Part shown: positions 35,749-47,286 of the stretch, one piece after another
Layout: every line of letters begins with the position of its first letter
How positions within the stretch are numbered: the stretch's first letter is position 1
Assembly (NCBI GenBank): GCA_023920165.1
Contig: CP089278.1
Span: 1,488,001 to 1,552,000 of the forward strand
Origin: Curvularia clavata
Taxonomy: Eukaryota
DNA: 64,000 nucleotides
Reading direction: 5' to 3'
Program-made: the position numbers and the translations under genes
The notes under the pieces: generated by a model
What the model was told of the DNA's origin: nothing
Databases searched by the model: none
Seen by the model: the letters and a program-made list of their open reading frames with translations, nothing else

Positions 35749-37320
35749 CTAATAAACAGAGCAACTTGTCTGTGCCCTGGTAAGTGCCTGAGTGAACATA
35801 GCCTGCATGGCCTTGTAGTGGAAGATGATACCACCCAATACAGCGACATGCCAGATGTTGTGCGAACAGCCGATATAATCGAAGAAGCCAGGGAAAAAGC
35901 GTTCAGGTGTCTTACTGGCGTATAGGCAAGCGCCTGTAACGTAAACGAGCAGACTCTTTGTGATGGGAGCGTAAAAGTACTGTGCCCATGCGATGCCGCG
36001 AGTGTATGCGAGTTGGCCAAAGGGAAGGAAGCCGGTTAGGGCAAGGGAACAGTAGAAGATGACGCGAAGCCAGGCCATGTCGGCGCGGTTGAAGGTTGGG
36101 TGCCAGGGCAGGATGACGCCACCGATGCCGAGCAAGGCTGTTATGCAGATGTATGCCCAGCGGGAGACGGGCTCGCAGTAGAAAGCAGCGTACTCGGTCG
36201 TCATGATGGAGGCCGCGACGAGGAGGGAGATACCGGTGTAGTCGACGCAGGCGAAGCGCTCAAGGAGTGTCTGGTGCGAAATGCTGTTCATGGTGTGCCA
36301 GATGGTCGAGCAAGCCAGGCATTTGCATGCTGCGAAAAAGAAGATTGCTGCGATGAAAATATCCGCCTTGGTCGACATGCTGAAGTTGCTGCTCGAGGGA
36401 TAAAAGTAAAAAGCCATGGCAAGTACCATGACGAAACCGAGAAGGTGGGTCCAGATGTTGATGAGCTCGTTGTGAAAGCCGAAAATGGAGCGAACACAAG
36501 CCCATTTGCCTTCTTGGAATCGGTAGCCCTTGAGAATATGGGGATTGACCCGCCATGGCTCTGGCAAATCGTCATAGCGGATCAGGCCGTGGGCTTTAGC
36601 TTGAGCAAGCGCTCGTTGCACAGCGTGCTCGACTCGAAGCTCAATGTTCTCGCGTGCCCTCTGAGCCTTGTCCAGACCCCTATCCACGACCCCCTTTGCA
36701 ATCTCAATACCCTCGTCCATTTTCCGCCGACCTTCCTCATAAAAGTCGTGTGCATAAGTGCCAATGGATGCGTCGCCAAGCGCATATGCGCGTGCCTCAA
36801 AATCGGTCAGGTAGCGGTCCATGAGTTCTATTCCCTCGAGAACCTTCTCTCCCAGCGTCTCTTTCCGCTCCAATGCGTCCTTGTACCGCTCTTCCAGGGT
36901 CTCGACGAAAACAGAGGCCTGTCGCCGCCCTGCCTCGATTGCACCGTCGGAGATCTTGGAGCATGATTCACGAACAGCAAGGAGCGTGTTGTAGGCGTAC
37001 TCAACACCGGCATCGTACTTGAGGTGGCCATAGTCTTCAAGCAAATCGAGGCGGCAGTTGAGTTCAGTGAGGAAGTTGCGAAGCTGGTGACAGGGGTTAG
37101 CATTCTGAAAGACAGTGGTTCGGTATGTGTAGGGCGTTGTACATACCAGGACCTGGAAGTTCTCCGCCTCGTGCATGCAGGGGCGCGTGTGCCATGAATG
37201 GCGCCTCTGCCTTTGCGCCGGGCGTTGCGAGGCGAAGGTGCCGTAACCTCGGTAGGTGGGCTCTTCCTGGGAAACCATGACGGCGGAGCTGACGCCAACA
37301 CTGGAGTTTGAGCGCGGCAT
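35749..37320 (-). CDS. PAQR/hemolysin-III family membrane protein, Izh3-like (intron 37084-37146)
   Basis: LPEPWRVNPHILKGYRF, HNELINIWTH, STIWHT, DYTGI, PER, SHNIWH, with about seven hydrophobic segments. Confidence 0.92.
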   Translation of the reverse strand: MPRSNSSVGVSSAVMVSQEEPTYRGYGTFASQRPAQRQRRHSWHTRPCMHEAENFQVLVCTTPYTYRTTVFQNANPCHQLRNFLTELNCRLDLLEDYGHLKYDAGVEYAYNTLLAVRESCSKISDGAIEAGRRQASVFVETLEERYKDALERKETLGEKVLEGIELMDRYLTDFEARAYALGDASIGTYAHDFYEEGRRKMDEGIEIAKGVVDRGLDKAQRARENIELRVEHAVQRALAQAKAHGLIRYDDLPEPWRVNPHILKGYRFQEGKWACVRSIFGFHNELINIWTHLLGFVMVLAMAFYFYPSSSNFSMSTKADIFIAAIFFFAACKCLACSTIWHTMNSISHQTLLERFACVDYTGISLLVAASIMTTEYAAFYCEPVSRWAYICITALLGIGGVILPWHPTFNRADMAWLRVIFYCSLALTGFLPFGQLAYTRGIAWAQYFYAPITKSLLVYVTGACLYASKTPERFFPGFFDYIGCSHNIWHVAVLGGIIFHYKAMQAMFTQALTRAQTSCSVY

Positions 37321-38347
37321 GAGGGGCGTTTGATATACAAGTTCGGCGCAGAGCTAGGCGGGGTTCTGTTGGAGGCGCGTGGTGGTCCGTCTTTCTGGTG
37401 CAGACCCAGACTACGATGGTCTTGTGAGGCGCGACAGGGTGAGTCGATTGGCTAGCTGTAGCATGTGCTCAGGAAATGTCTCTGGCTGGGCGACGTCCTG
37501 TTCTTGTGGTGTTGGGCGGCGATTAGTGAAGCTGTGGGTCTTTTTTCTCCGCCTATCGGGACAGCCAAAGACGGGCGTGGTTACCGAATGTGTCAGGGAT
37601 TGGACGGCACGAAGCGGGAGCGCAGTGAACGACTTCGGGACCGAGGAAGAGCAATATATGTACAAAGTATGCGGACACAGGAGTTAGGGCACTTGTCGAC
37701 AGCCTTTGGGGCACCGTGCGACTTGGCCGTCAGCCATAGCATTGGCGCCGTCATGCGATGGCCATGACAATTCACGGTTCCTTGCAGGTGTTGGTCCCTA
37801 GTTTTGCTTTGCGGCTCTCGTAGGGCTGGATCTAGTTCGCCTCCCCAACAAACGTTTACGAGACCGGGAGGCTAAAATTCTTCCCCCCGTCGCGACTCCT
37901 GCCAGTCGTGTTCGTTGTTGCTCGAAGCTTTGAGCACAGGATGCTCGACATCACACGGCAACATCTGATCTTCCTCTGGCTAACAGCCAAGCTGCGGCCA
38001 ATATCGCCCACGGAGTACCGCAGTGGCTGGACCCAGCCTCGGCTTGCAGCCACATGTGGCTAGTCGTATCGTTTCACGTGCCGTCATCCGAAGTGCCCTC
38101 AACGGGCCCTGCGTTTGTGGGGACGGGGATGCAATGCCTATACAAATCCTGTTCATCGGCATAGGAAAATTAGCATGTCGCAATGCGTCCAATATCTTGC
38201 TCGAAGAGCGTGACCAGGCGTTGCTCTGTCACGGCACCTATCGACTAGCGTAGGGTCCCGTGTTGGGGCAATTGCAACCCAACCTTACCATCTTGAAATT
38301 TTCTGCTGCGTCGCTGGATCAACACATCCAAACACAAATTGTTCGAC

Positions 38348-39572
38348 ATGGTGCTGCAAGCAATCAAGTACTCTCGAGGCCAGCTCGAAATTCTCGATCA
38401 ACTCAAACTCCCGCATGCCGAAGAGTATGACCACATCTACTCTAGTACTGACGCATGGCACGCCATCAAAGACATGCGGACGCGGGGCGCACCAGCCATC
38501 GCCATTGTTGCAGCCCTGGCCCTCGCAGTCGAATTGACAAACATGAAGCTCCCTCCGGTTGCTGAAGAGGTCAAGGTCTTCATCATTGAAAAGTTGGACT
38601 ACCTTGTCACAAGCCGGCCGACGGCTGTCAATCTTGCAGACGCTGCTGGTAAATTGCAAAAAATCACAGAAAATGCCGCAGCCAACGAAGGAGCAAATGG
38701 CGAGACGGTGAGGGAGGCATATGTGGCTGCTGCTGAGCAAATGCTAGTCGATGATGTGAGCGACAACGAGAGCATTGGAAAGCATGGCGCAGAGTGGATT
38801 GTAAAAAACACCGAGGCTGGCAAATTGGGCCCGGTCAGCATGATGACGCATTGCAACACTGGGTGCGTATTGGATTCTCTTGTCTAGTTCAGGCTGTTGA
38901 CATGACAGATCGCTCGCAACTGCAGGATATGGCACAGCGCTCGGTGTAATCCGGTCACTACATGCCAACGGCTCGCTGAAACATGCCTTCTGTTCAGAGA
39001 CCCGGCCATACAACCAAGGCTCCAGACTGACTGCGTTTGAGTTAGTTCACGACAAGATACCAGCCACTCTGATTACCGATTCCATGGCTGCGGCCCTGCT
39101 TCGGCTGCGGGGCAAGAGCGAGAACATTGCCGGTATAGTAGTTGGCGCTGACCGAGTAGCCGCAAATGGCGACACAGCCAACAAAATCGGCACCTATTCA
39201 CTCGCCATCCTTGCTAGGCACCATGGAGTTAAGTTCCTCGTAGCAGCACCACGGACGACGATTGACTTGAAGACCAAATCTGGAGCAGACATTGTCATCG
39301 AAGAGCGGCCTGGAAAAGAGGTCACGCTTGTAAAGGGGCCAAGGCACGATGGTGTCTCGCTTGATCTAGGCGTTGTCGAAACAATTAGCATTGCAGCCAA
39401 CGGCATCGATGTATGGAACCCAGCGTTCGATGTCACACCCGCGGAACTGATTGACGGAATCATCACTGAGGTGGGTGTGGTCGAGAAGGACAGCAACGGG
39501 GTATTCCATTTGGACAGGGTCTTCGAAGCCAAAGGCTCAGAAACTAAGCCTTCAACTGTCGGCGGCCTGTAA
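38348..39572 (+). CDS. MRI1: Methylthioribose-1-phosphate isomerase (1 intron)
   Basis: [78 protein letters not shown]. Confidence 0.96.
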
Positions 39573-39861
39573 GCCAAGAATCTGTTGCCTTCCCCCAGAA
39601 TAGACATGTTTCCAAAATCTAAACCTATCCACTGTCTATTTTGCCGAGAGCAGACTTGCACTGTACTCGACTATTGCGGTCCGCCCACCCGTTGAAAGTA
39701 CTCGTTATAATCGCATTGCATCGTGCAAATTGTGAAACTGTGGCGGTTTCGCACTCAATGACTATGGTGTTGGATTTGACATGTGGGTTATCGTCATTGC
39801 AGAGGGCCAGGTTTGCAGTGAGAGAATCTTGGCCCACACCGAGTGCATAGGTTTGTGGACT

Positions 39862-40146
39862 TCATGTCGTCTTCTCGTCTGGTTTCGAAGGCTGATTGCC
39901 ATCCTCGGAGCTTTCTTTTAGCTCACGCTCTGCCTTTTCTGCTTGCGCAAGAAGGGCTTCGATCTTCTTCTCAATAGAATCGAGGTGGCTCTCCAAGGCA
40001 GCGGCTGTTTGTTCGCCTCGTTGCAGTTCTTTGAACGCCTTGCACATAAATTAGGGTTTGCGAACAGTATCTGCCAAAAGACATACCTGCGCAAGGTCGG
40101 CTTCCGCGTGCGATCCAGCATTTGTTCCGTTTTGTTCGCTCGACAT
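39862..40146 (-). CDS. Small (78 aa) coiled-coil protein of unknown function (intron 40039-40086)
   Basis: MSSEQNGTNAGSHAEADLAQ|AFKELQRGEQTAAALESHLDSIEKKIEALL. Donor GTATGT, branch CTAAT, acceptor AAG; heptad pattern. Confidence 0.78.
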
Positions 40147-40406
40147 GATGTGGGTGGGTGGTATGGGCGTCGCTGACTTAGGAAGCCGAACGCGACGACC
40201 AGTGCTCGAGGATGACGACGGAGCCTCTCACTAGCGCGAACATACCCGTGCACCTCTAGGAACCCGGCACAGCCCAGACTCGTAACCCAACTCCATTACA
40301 CCTTCCACTCTCCCTGCCTAGGTGCACTCTTTCGTATATATCCGTTTCTCTTCCGCATGCGCGCATCAACACTCCTTTAATCCACGCGCAAAACAAGTCG
40401 CCCACC

Positions 40407-43400
40407 ATGTTCTCTGGGTCCAACTCGTACTTAGGGGGCGGCAATAGTGCCCGACCCGGGCAGCCGCAGTATGGTCAGCAGCAACAGCAACAGCAGCAGC
40501 AGCCATTCCAGCAACCTGGAGGCTTCCAGGGCGGATTGATGCCTCAGCCTACGGGCTTCGGGGGTGGACCAATGCAACCTCAGTATACAGGTTTCCCGAG
40601 CCAGCCGCAGGGTTTCGGACAGCAGCCGCAATTACAGCCACAGTATACCGGTTTCCCTGGTCAGCAAGCTCAGCAATTCCAACAGCAACAGGCCCCCCAA
40701 CAGGTGCCCTTCCAAACTGGTGCGCCTCCCCAGCAACAGCAGCAGCCTCCTGCTCAACCGCAGAGGCCTCAGCCTACGGGCATGACGTCGGCGCAGATGG
40801 CTGATTCCTTTCGCGGAAGCGGTGCTTCTTCTGTGCCACCACCAGTACCTGCCAAGGGCACCAAGATTCCGAACATCAGGCTCTCGTTCATTACGGCGCA
40901 AGACCAGGCCAAGTTTGAACAGCTATTCAAGTCGGCTGTAGGAAACGCGCAAGCTCTTTCAGGAGACAAGGCGCGAGACCTCTTGCTGCGATCCAAGCTG
41001 CCGGGAGATGCTCTGTCCCACATCTGGTACGTTCAACTGGCTCCATGACCCGGCCAATCCTAACAGACCCAGGACACTCTCAGACACCACCAAGTCGGGA
41101 CAGCTTCTTTTCCCCGAATTCGCACTTGCTATGTACCTGTGCAATCTCAAATTGACAGGGAAAGACCTTCCAAACTCGCTGCCCGAACGTGTCAAGAATG
41201 AGGTATCCAGCATGGTGGACATTATCTCATTTGGCGTCGCAGAGGAGCCTTCGAGAGGAGCTACGCCTTCTAATGCTCCTAAGATCAACGAGCCTCCTTC
41301 GATCCAGCAACCGCAACCGCAAACTTCGAACAGTCAATTGCTATCTTCGTTGGTATCTCAGCCAACTGGATTCGGTCAACAGCCGATGGGCATGCAACCA
41401 CAACCTACAGGTTTTGGTCAACAGCCAACTGGTCTACAACCACAGCCTACCGGGTTCGGACAGCAATCTCCAGGTGGTTACAATGGGCCGCGACCACCGA
41501 TGCCCCCTATGCCCACCGGTTTCGGCTCAAACCTGGTGCCCAACCAAACCGGTATTGCTCCACTCAATGCTCAGCCTACCGGAATGCCTGGTCAATGGGG
41601 TCTTGCGAATACGCCCGCTAGCGGATTGCCCAACATCGAGGCTCTGGCGCAAAGGATGATGCCGCAGACTGGCCGAGAAGGCGCTACCCACACAACTGCG
41701 GGATTGACTGGCAACGCAACGATTCCTTGGGCTATAACAAAGGGCGAAAAGAAGTTATATGACGAGACATTCCGCGCTTGGGACGGTATGGGCAAGGGTT
41801 ACATTAGCGGAGCGCAGGCTCTTGAGATTTTCGGGCAGAGTGGGCTGCCCAAGTCTGACTTGGAGCGTATATGGACACTTGCTGACTCCGCTGATCGCGG
41901 TCGTCTTGATCTTGATCAATTTGCTGTTGCCATGCACTTGATCTATCGCAAGCTCAATGGCTATCCTATCCCTGCTCGTCTTCCTCCTGAACTGGTTCCA
42001 CCCTCAACCCGCAACATCAATGACTCTATTGGTGCCATGAAAAACTTGCTCCGTGGAGATGCCGAGGACAGGAAGAACTCTGGCGCTTTTCTCCAACCCC
42101 AGCGAACTGGTGTCAGCTATCTCAAGTCCCATTCTTTCCGTGCTGGAAGCCCACAGGCTGGTGGTCGCAAGGATGCCACCGTTTTCCGCAACAATGACGA
42201 CAACGTAGGCTATAAATCGAGCGCCAGGCATCGTATTGGTGGGGGCGGTCGGTCGCCGTCTCCTGCCCAACCAGGTTCTCCTGCTTCAGACCGAGCCGAG
42301 GAGATGACTCTCGACCAGCTTCGAAAGGCCGTCAAGGAAAAGCAAATTCTTTTGGATGCTATGGACGCACGAGACGAGAACGCTGCAGACGATGATGATG
42401 CACTCGATCGCCGAGATCGTCGAGAGGCTGACGAGCTCTATCGCCGTATTCGTAGAGTACAGGAGGATATTGATGCTCATCCCAAAGCAGCCTTGAGATC
42501 TTCTGATTCAGATGCAGAACGCCGAGCCCTCAAGCGCCAGCTACAAAACTTAACTGACCGCTTGCCTGAACTTGCGTCCAACGTGCGCAGAACGGAGCGT
42601 GAAATCGCGGACGCCCAACTCGAGCTTTTCAGACTCAAGGATGCCAAGGCGCACCCTGGATCTGCATCTGCGATCGTGGGCACTGGTCCAGGTGGTGCAG
42701 TGACTGAGTCCGACAGATTGAAGGCTCGTGCTAAGGCTATGATGCAAGCTCGTTCTGCTGCCTTGACCGGAAAGCCCGTACCCGTCAGCGATGACACGGG
42801 TGCCGCAGCAGAACGTCTGGAAAAGGAGACTTCACGTATCCGAGCCGAGAGGGAAAACAACGAGCGCATGATTCGTGATGTTGAAGACAGCGTCAACGAG
42901 TACAGCCGCGGGCTAGAGGCAAGTCTCAAGGAAGGAGGACACGATAACACTAGTGAGCACGAAAGACGCAGATGGGAGGAAGCTCTGGGTGTTGAGGATG
43001 AGGTCAGAGACTTCATCTTTGACCTCCAACGAAGCAGCCGAGCAGCACGCGTCCGCAAGGAAGAGTAAGTGTCCCCAACATTCATTTTAACACTATATTT
43101 GCTAACTCGGTAAAGCTCATCGCGGGACAACTATCGATCTCGTTCAGCAGATACCCGCCCGGCAGCATCGCGTTATGAGAGCCCTGCTACTAGTGCTGAC
43201 CCCGTTCCTCGGCCTTCAACTTCTACTCCTCGTCCTGGTGCTGCGTACAAGACGCCAGAGGAACGGGCGGCTTTCATCAAGCAACAAGCTGAGCAGCGAA
43301 TGGCCGAGCGACTCGCTGCCTTGGGCATCAAGGCTCCGACCAAACCTGGCGAAACACCCCAACAGCGTGCTGATCGTGAGAAGAGAGAACGTGAGGAGAA

Positions 43401-44796
43401 ACTTCGCCAGGCTGAAGAAGAGGACGCGCGTCGTGAAGAAGAGCGTCAAAGACGTCTTAACGACGAATCAGCTGCGCCGCCAGTCCCAACCAAGGGCAGT
43501 GGTAAGAAGCCGGCGCCACCACCACCAGCCTCGCGGAAGAACAAGAACGATATCGCACAGCACGATGCACAGCAGGCAGAAGCCGAATCTAGGAGGGTAG
43601 AAAACCAAATGGCTGAAAAGGCTCTCCATGAGCAACAGGAAGCACAGGAAGCAGAGACAAGACGCCTCGAGTATGTAAACGCTAAAGTCTTCTGTCTGAA
43701 TTTTTTGTTAACAGAGTACAGGGAAGAAGAACGCAGACAAGAAAGTGAGTTGGCCAGTGAACGTGAGGCCGCTCAAGCCAGACTTCGTGCTCTTGAGGAG
43801 CAAGTCCAGCAGGGCAAATTGAAGAAGGCTGAGGAGAAGAAACGCAGAGAAGCTGCTTCCAAGGATGCTAAGGAGAAAGAGGCACGATTGGCCGCACAGC
43901 GTGCCGAGATTGAAGCTGCTCGCGAACGCGAACGCCAGCTGCAACTGCAACTCGAAGCACTCGACGATGATCAGTCCTCAGATGATGAAGGCCCACAAAA
44001 CATCACTCCCCAGGATAACACTCCTACCGCTAGCCAGGAATTACCACGGGAATCTTCCGCTCCACAACCACCACCGGTGCCGCAGGTTTCTCACAACACG
44101 CCGCCATCGTCTATCGCTAGCCCGCCGGCGTCCTCTGTGACCAGCCCGCATCCTGGCATGGGCGATACAGAGACGAAGAACCCATTCTTGAAGAAGATGG
44201 CCATGTCCAACCAGGAGAACAATGCTGCTACCCCGCCTGGCCCAACAAGCACTACAAGTGAAGTGTCTACAAACCCATTCCACCGTCTGACCCAGGAGAA
44301 TGCCAACAAGGCTACCGTACCTACGTTCAACGAGCCAGCTGCCCCTTCGGCCCGTAGACTAGGACGACAGGATGACGATGATTGGTCTGTTGTCGATTCG
44401 GATGATTCTTCATCCGATGACGATGAAGGACCTACACAGGGTGGTGCTAAACAGCTCGCTTCTATCCTCTTCGGTACCATGGCGCCCCCGCGTCCTCTTT
44501 CTTCGATGGACAACAAGAGCCCTCGTGCTGAGAGTCCTGCTGTAGCATCACCCCCTGCAGGCATTCCGCCTCCTCCGCCCATGCCTTCAAGCGGTGCTCC
44601 GCCACCACCTCCTGGTCCACCACCACCGCCTCTAGGTGGTGCGCCTCCACCACCACCCATGCCTAACATGAGGCCTCCAACCGGGGCACCTGACCGTGGT
44701 GCGCTGCTTGGTGAGATTGTTGCTGGAAAGGGACTGAGGAAAGTGGAGACCAAGGATAGAAGTACAGCTGCAACTGCTGGAAGAGTTTTGGGTTGA
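40407..44796 (+). CDS. PAN1: Endocytic scaffold Pan1 (two EH domains, QPTG repeats, coiled coil, Pro-rich region, WH2; 3 introns)
   Basis: [21 protein letters not shown] (EH1), [15 protein letters not shown] (EH2), many QPTGF repeats, and C-terminal [17 protein letters not shown]. Confidence 0.95.
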
Positions 44797-45168
44797 GGTA
44801 ATTGTTATAAGGTTAATCAAGGCTGAATTGGATGGATTGTAGTGTAGTAGTATAACTTTGCATTGTTTACAGATTGCTTCAGATGCCTCGTTGACATTGT
44901 GTTGTTCATCCTGAATGTTGTTTCATCTCCCATGCTTGACCTGAATCTTAATTGTAACCATCTGTACTATTCCAGAGTGACCACTCTATGTTAATTCTCA
45001 CAATGTTTGTTGGAGCCTTTTCTTGCTCTGTTCGACACGAAGCACCCAGTATAATTATTCCAAGGAAACATAGGCTTCTTTTCTTGTGGCATTACTGTTA
45101 CCACGTCTTGCGGTTACTTTGACCTATTGGCCATTGTATTCCTATCCAAGAGGCTCACAGTCTGACAA

Positions 45169-46384
45169 TCAAGCCTCCTGTTCTTCACCAGCCACACCTT
45201 GCTTCTCCACTTTATCAAAAGACGGCACATAACCATCTACCATCCAACTCCAAATATTCAGCCCAACCTTCTCACCCTTCGTGACCGGCAAGCCCGCATG
45301 CCAACTCTCAGGGTATCCCGAGCCATCAGCACGAATATTCTCCCAATACACAGCATTGCCAGGAATAGGTTTGAAAATAACGCCCTTGTTGAGATCTTCC
45401 TGTGGCCGCTCCTGTATCGCCTTGATCATCGAAGTCTCATTTTCCCCCTCCCCAGCATCACTGTCGGTGCTAGAAGGAGTGCCAGTAGCAGTAAGCGATC
45501 CATAAGCGCCATCGACATCACACTCGATAAAAGCACACCAACTTTCATCCCTCGGCTTCTGCAGGCGTGGGAAATGCGTGCCCCCACCCTCACACTGGCC
45601 GTCGACGTAGACCATAAAGCTGCTCACGCGCCCGCTGCGCTTAGTCGCGGTGCTCCAGTCGTAGTGGTAGGTGTAGTGGCCGCCTACGCCGTAGCGTTGG
45701 CTCCAGAGCTTCTCAATGAAGGTGTTGGGGCGCCAACCTTGGAAGGTGCGGGCGCGGTCTTCGATGCATTTTACGGTTTGGGAGCGAGGTAGAGCAGCTT
45801 TTTCGGAGAGGCGGACGTTAGGATTCAGGGATTCGCGACCGGAGGTCCAGATTGTGGAGGGTTTGAAATGAGGGGTGCTGTGAGGTGTGTTAGTCGGGAT
45901 TATGATTGTAGTACTGCTCTGTTCATCCGTTCATGTTCTCCACCTCTTTATATATGGAGAAAGCACTTGTGCGTAGCATTAAACCTTTTTATGTCTTCCG
46001 TCACTCTATTTCATATACTTGGAAGAAAGAGAATGAATTAACGTACCTCAGATCAACAATTTCCTTCCCTTCTCCCTCTCCCAAGAACCCTTCGATATAA
46101 ACAACCAAGGGTTCTCTGCTTAAGATATGAACGCCTTTGTAACGATGCTCTGCACACGACAAGTTCTTTTCTGGTATGACCAAACTCTCCAATGCCTTCA
46201 AGTCCACCACATTTCCTTCTCTTGGCTTCTCATTGACGTTATAGCCATAGTCCGAACCAGACGACGAAAAATCGATATACGACGAAAAGGGAGCACCCGC
46301 GAGAAAGTATGCTAGAACTGCTAGAAATGCGTATTGAACGATTGCAAATACCGATGTTTGCGATGGCGGAGGCGGTGAAGGCAT
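45169..46384 (-). CDS. 2OG-Fe(II) oxygenase, prolyl 4-hydroxylase alpha-like, N-terminal TM anchor (1 intron)
   Basis: PLVVYIEGFL, YTYHYD (HxD), GGGTHFP, WHAGLPVTKGEKVGLNIW. Confidence 0.88.
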
Positions 46385-47286
46385 ATCGCAGGACGTGCAA
46401 CGAGGGCGAAAGCGAGTATGCGACAACCCGACAACACCAAGAAACAAAAACCAACAAGCAACACTTCACTACTCTCTTGATTTAGGAAAATCAAAACGAG
46501 AAAATACGTTAAGCAACAAAGCAGACCAAACGAGCGACTGCCTGCCCCAAAAGGACCGAATACCAAAAAAAGGACGTTGATAAAACAACACCCCGTCTAT
46601 CGCTATCGACGTTACGCAGAATCGGGAAAACAACTGAGAGAAATAAAGAGAGAAAGAGAAGGGCCACAATGACGGAGAGGAAAATGAGCCCAAGAAAAAA
46701 ATTGGGGACCGCGCCCCCCAAGAACCACCACTATGACACAAAACACACGCCTTGCACATGCATCAGATTAAAATCGTACCCCTGAATTAAAGGGAAATAG
46801 GCATCAAACAGCCATATCCAAAACTCATTCCTCCAACCCCACTTTCGTTATCAGTTTATCAAATCCTTCACGTCGGCTGAAATAGGGAAATGCAACAATC
46901 ACGGATATAGTTCTTCTTCCAAAAGGAACATGTACATAATAAGATCGATCATCGGGACGCATCAAATCGAACTCGGCCCGGAAACAGAGCGTGGGTCGCG
47001 ATCTGTTTCCTGCCGGTGCTGTTCGCGCAGTGGCGGGTGCGGCGGCGCTGCGTTATGCGACTGACTACACATGAGTAGGTAGGGTAGCGTGGGTGGTTCG
47101 TGAGAAACGAGACGAATGCGAACATTTGAAAACCCCTGGATTACATAAACGTGTAGGGCCTACGGTTGTTTGAACACCGAGTGAGCGAATGAACGAACGA
47201 ACAGGCGGGCGGGCGGGCGGATACACGGACGTCCGCCGTGGCCGGACTAAGACGGACAAGGGGGCGATGTCCATCTCATGTGTGTA

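Noticed and set aside
36100..36966. 288-aa plus-strand ORF (and similar antisense ORFs at 30174-30884, 23608-24312, 50355-51059 and 44091-44753)
   Set aside because: Each lies opposite a well-supported gene and is explained by codon bias.
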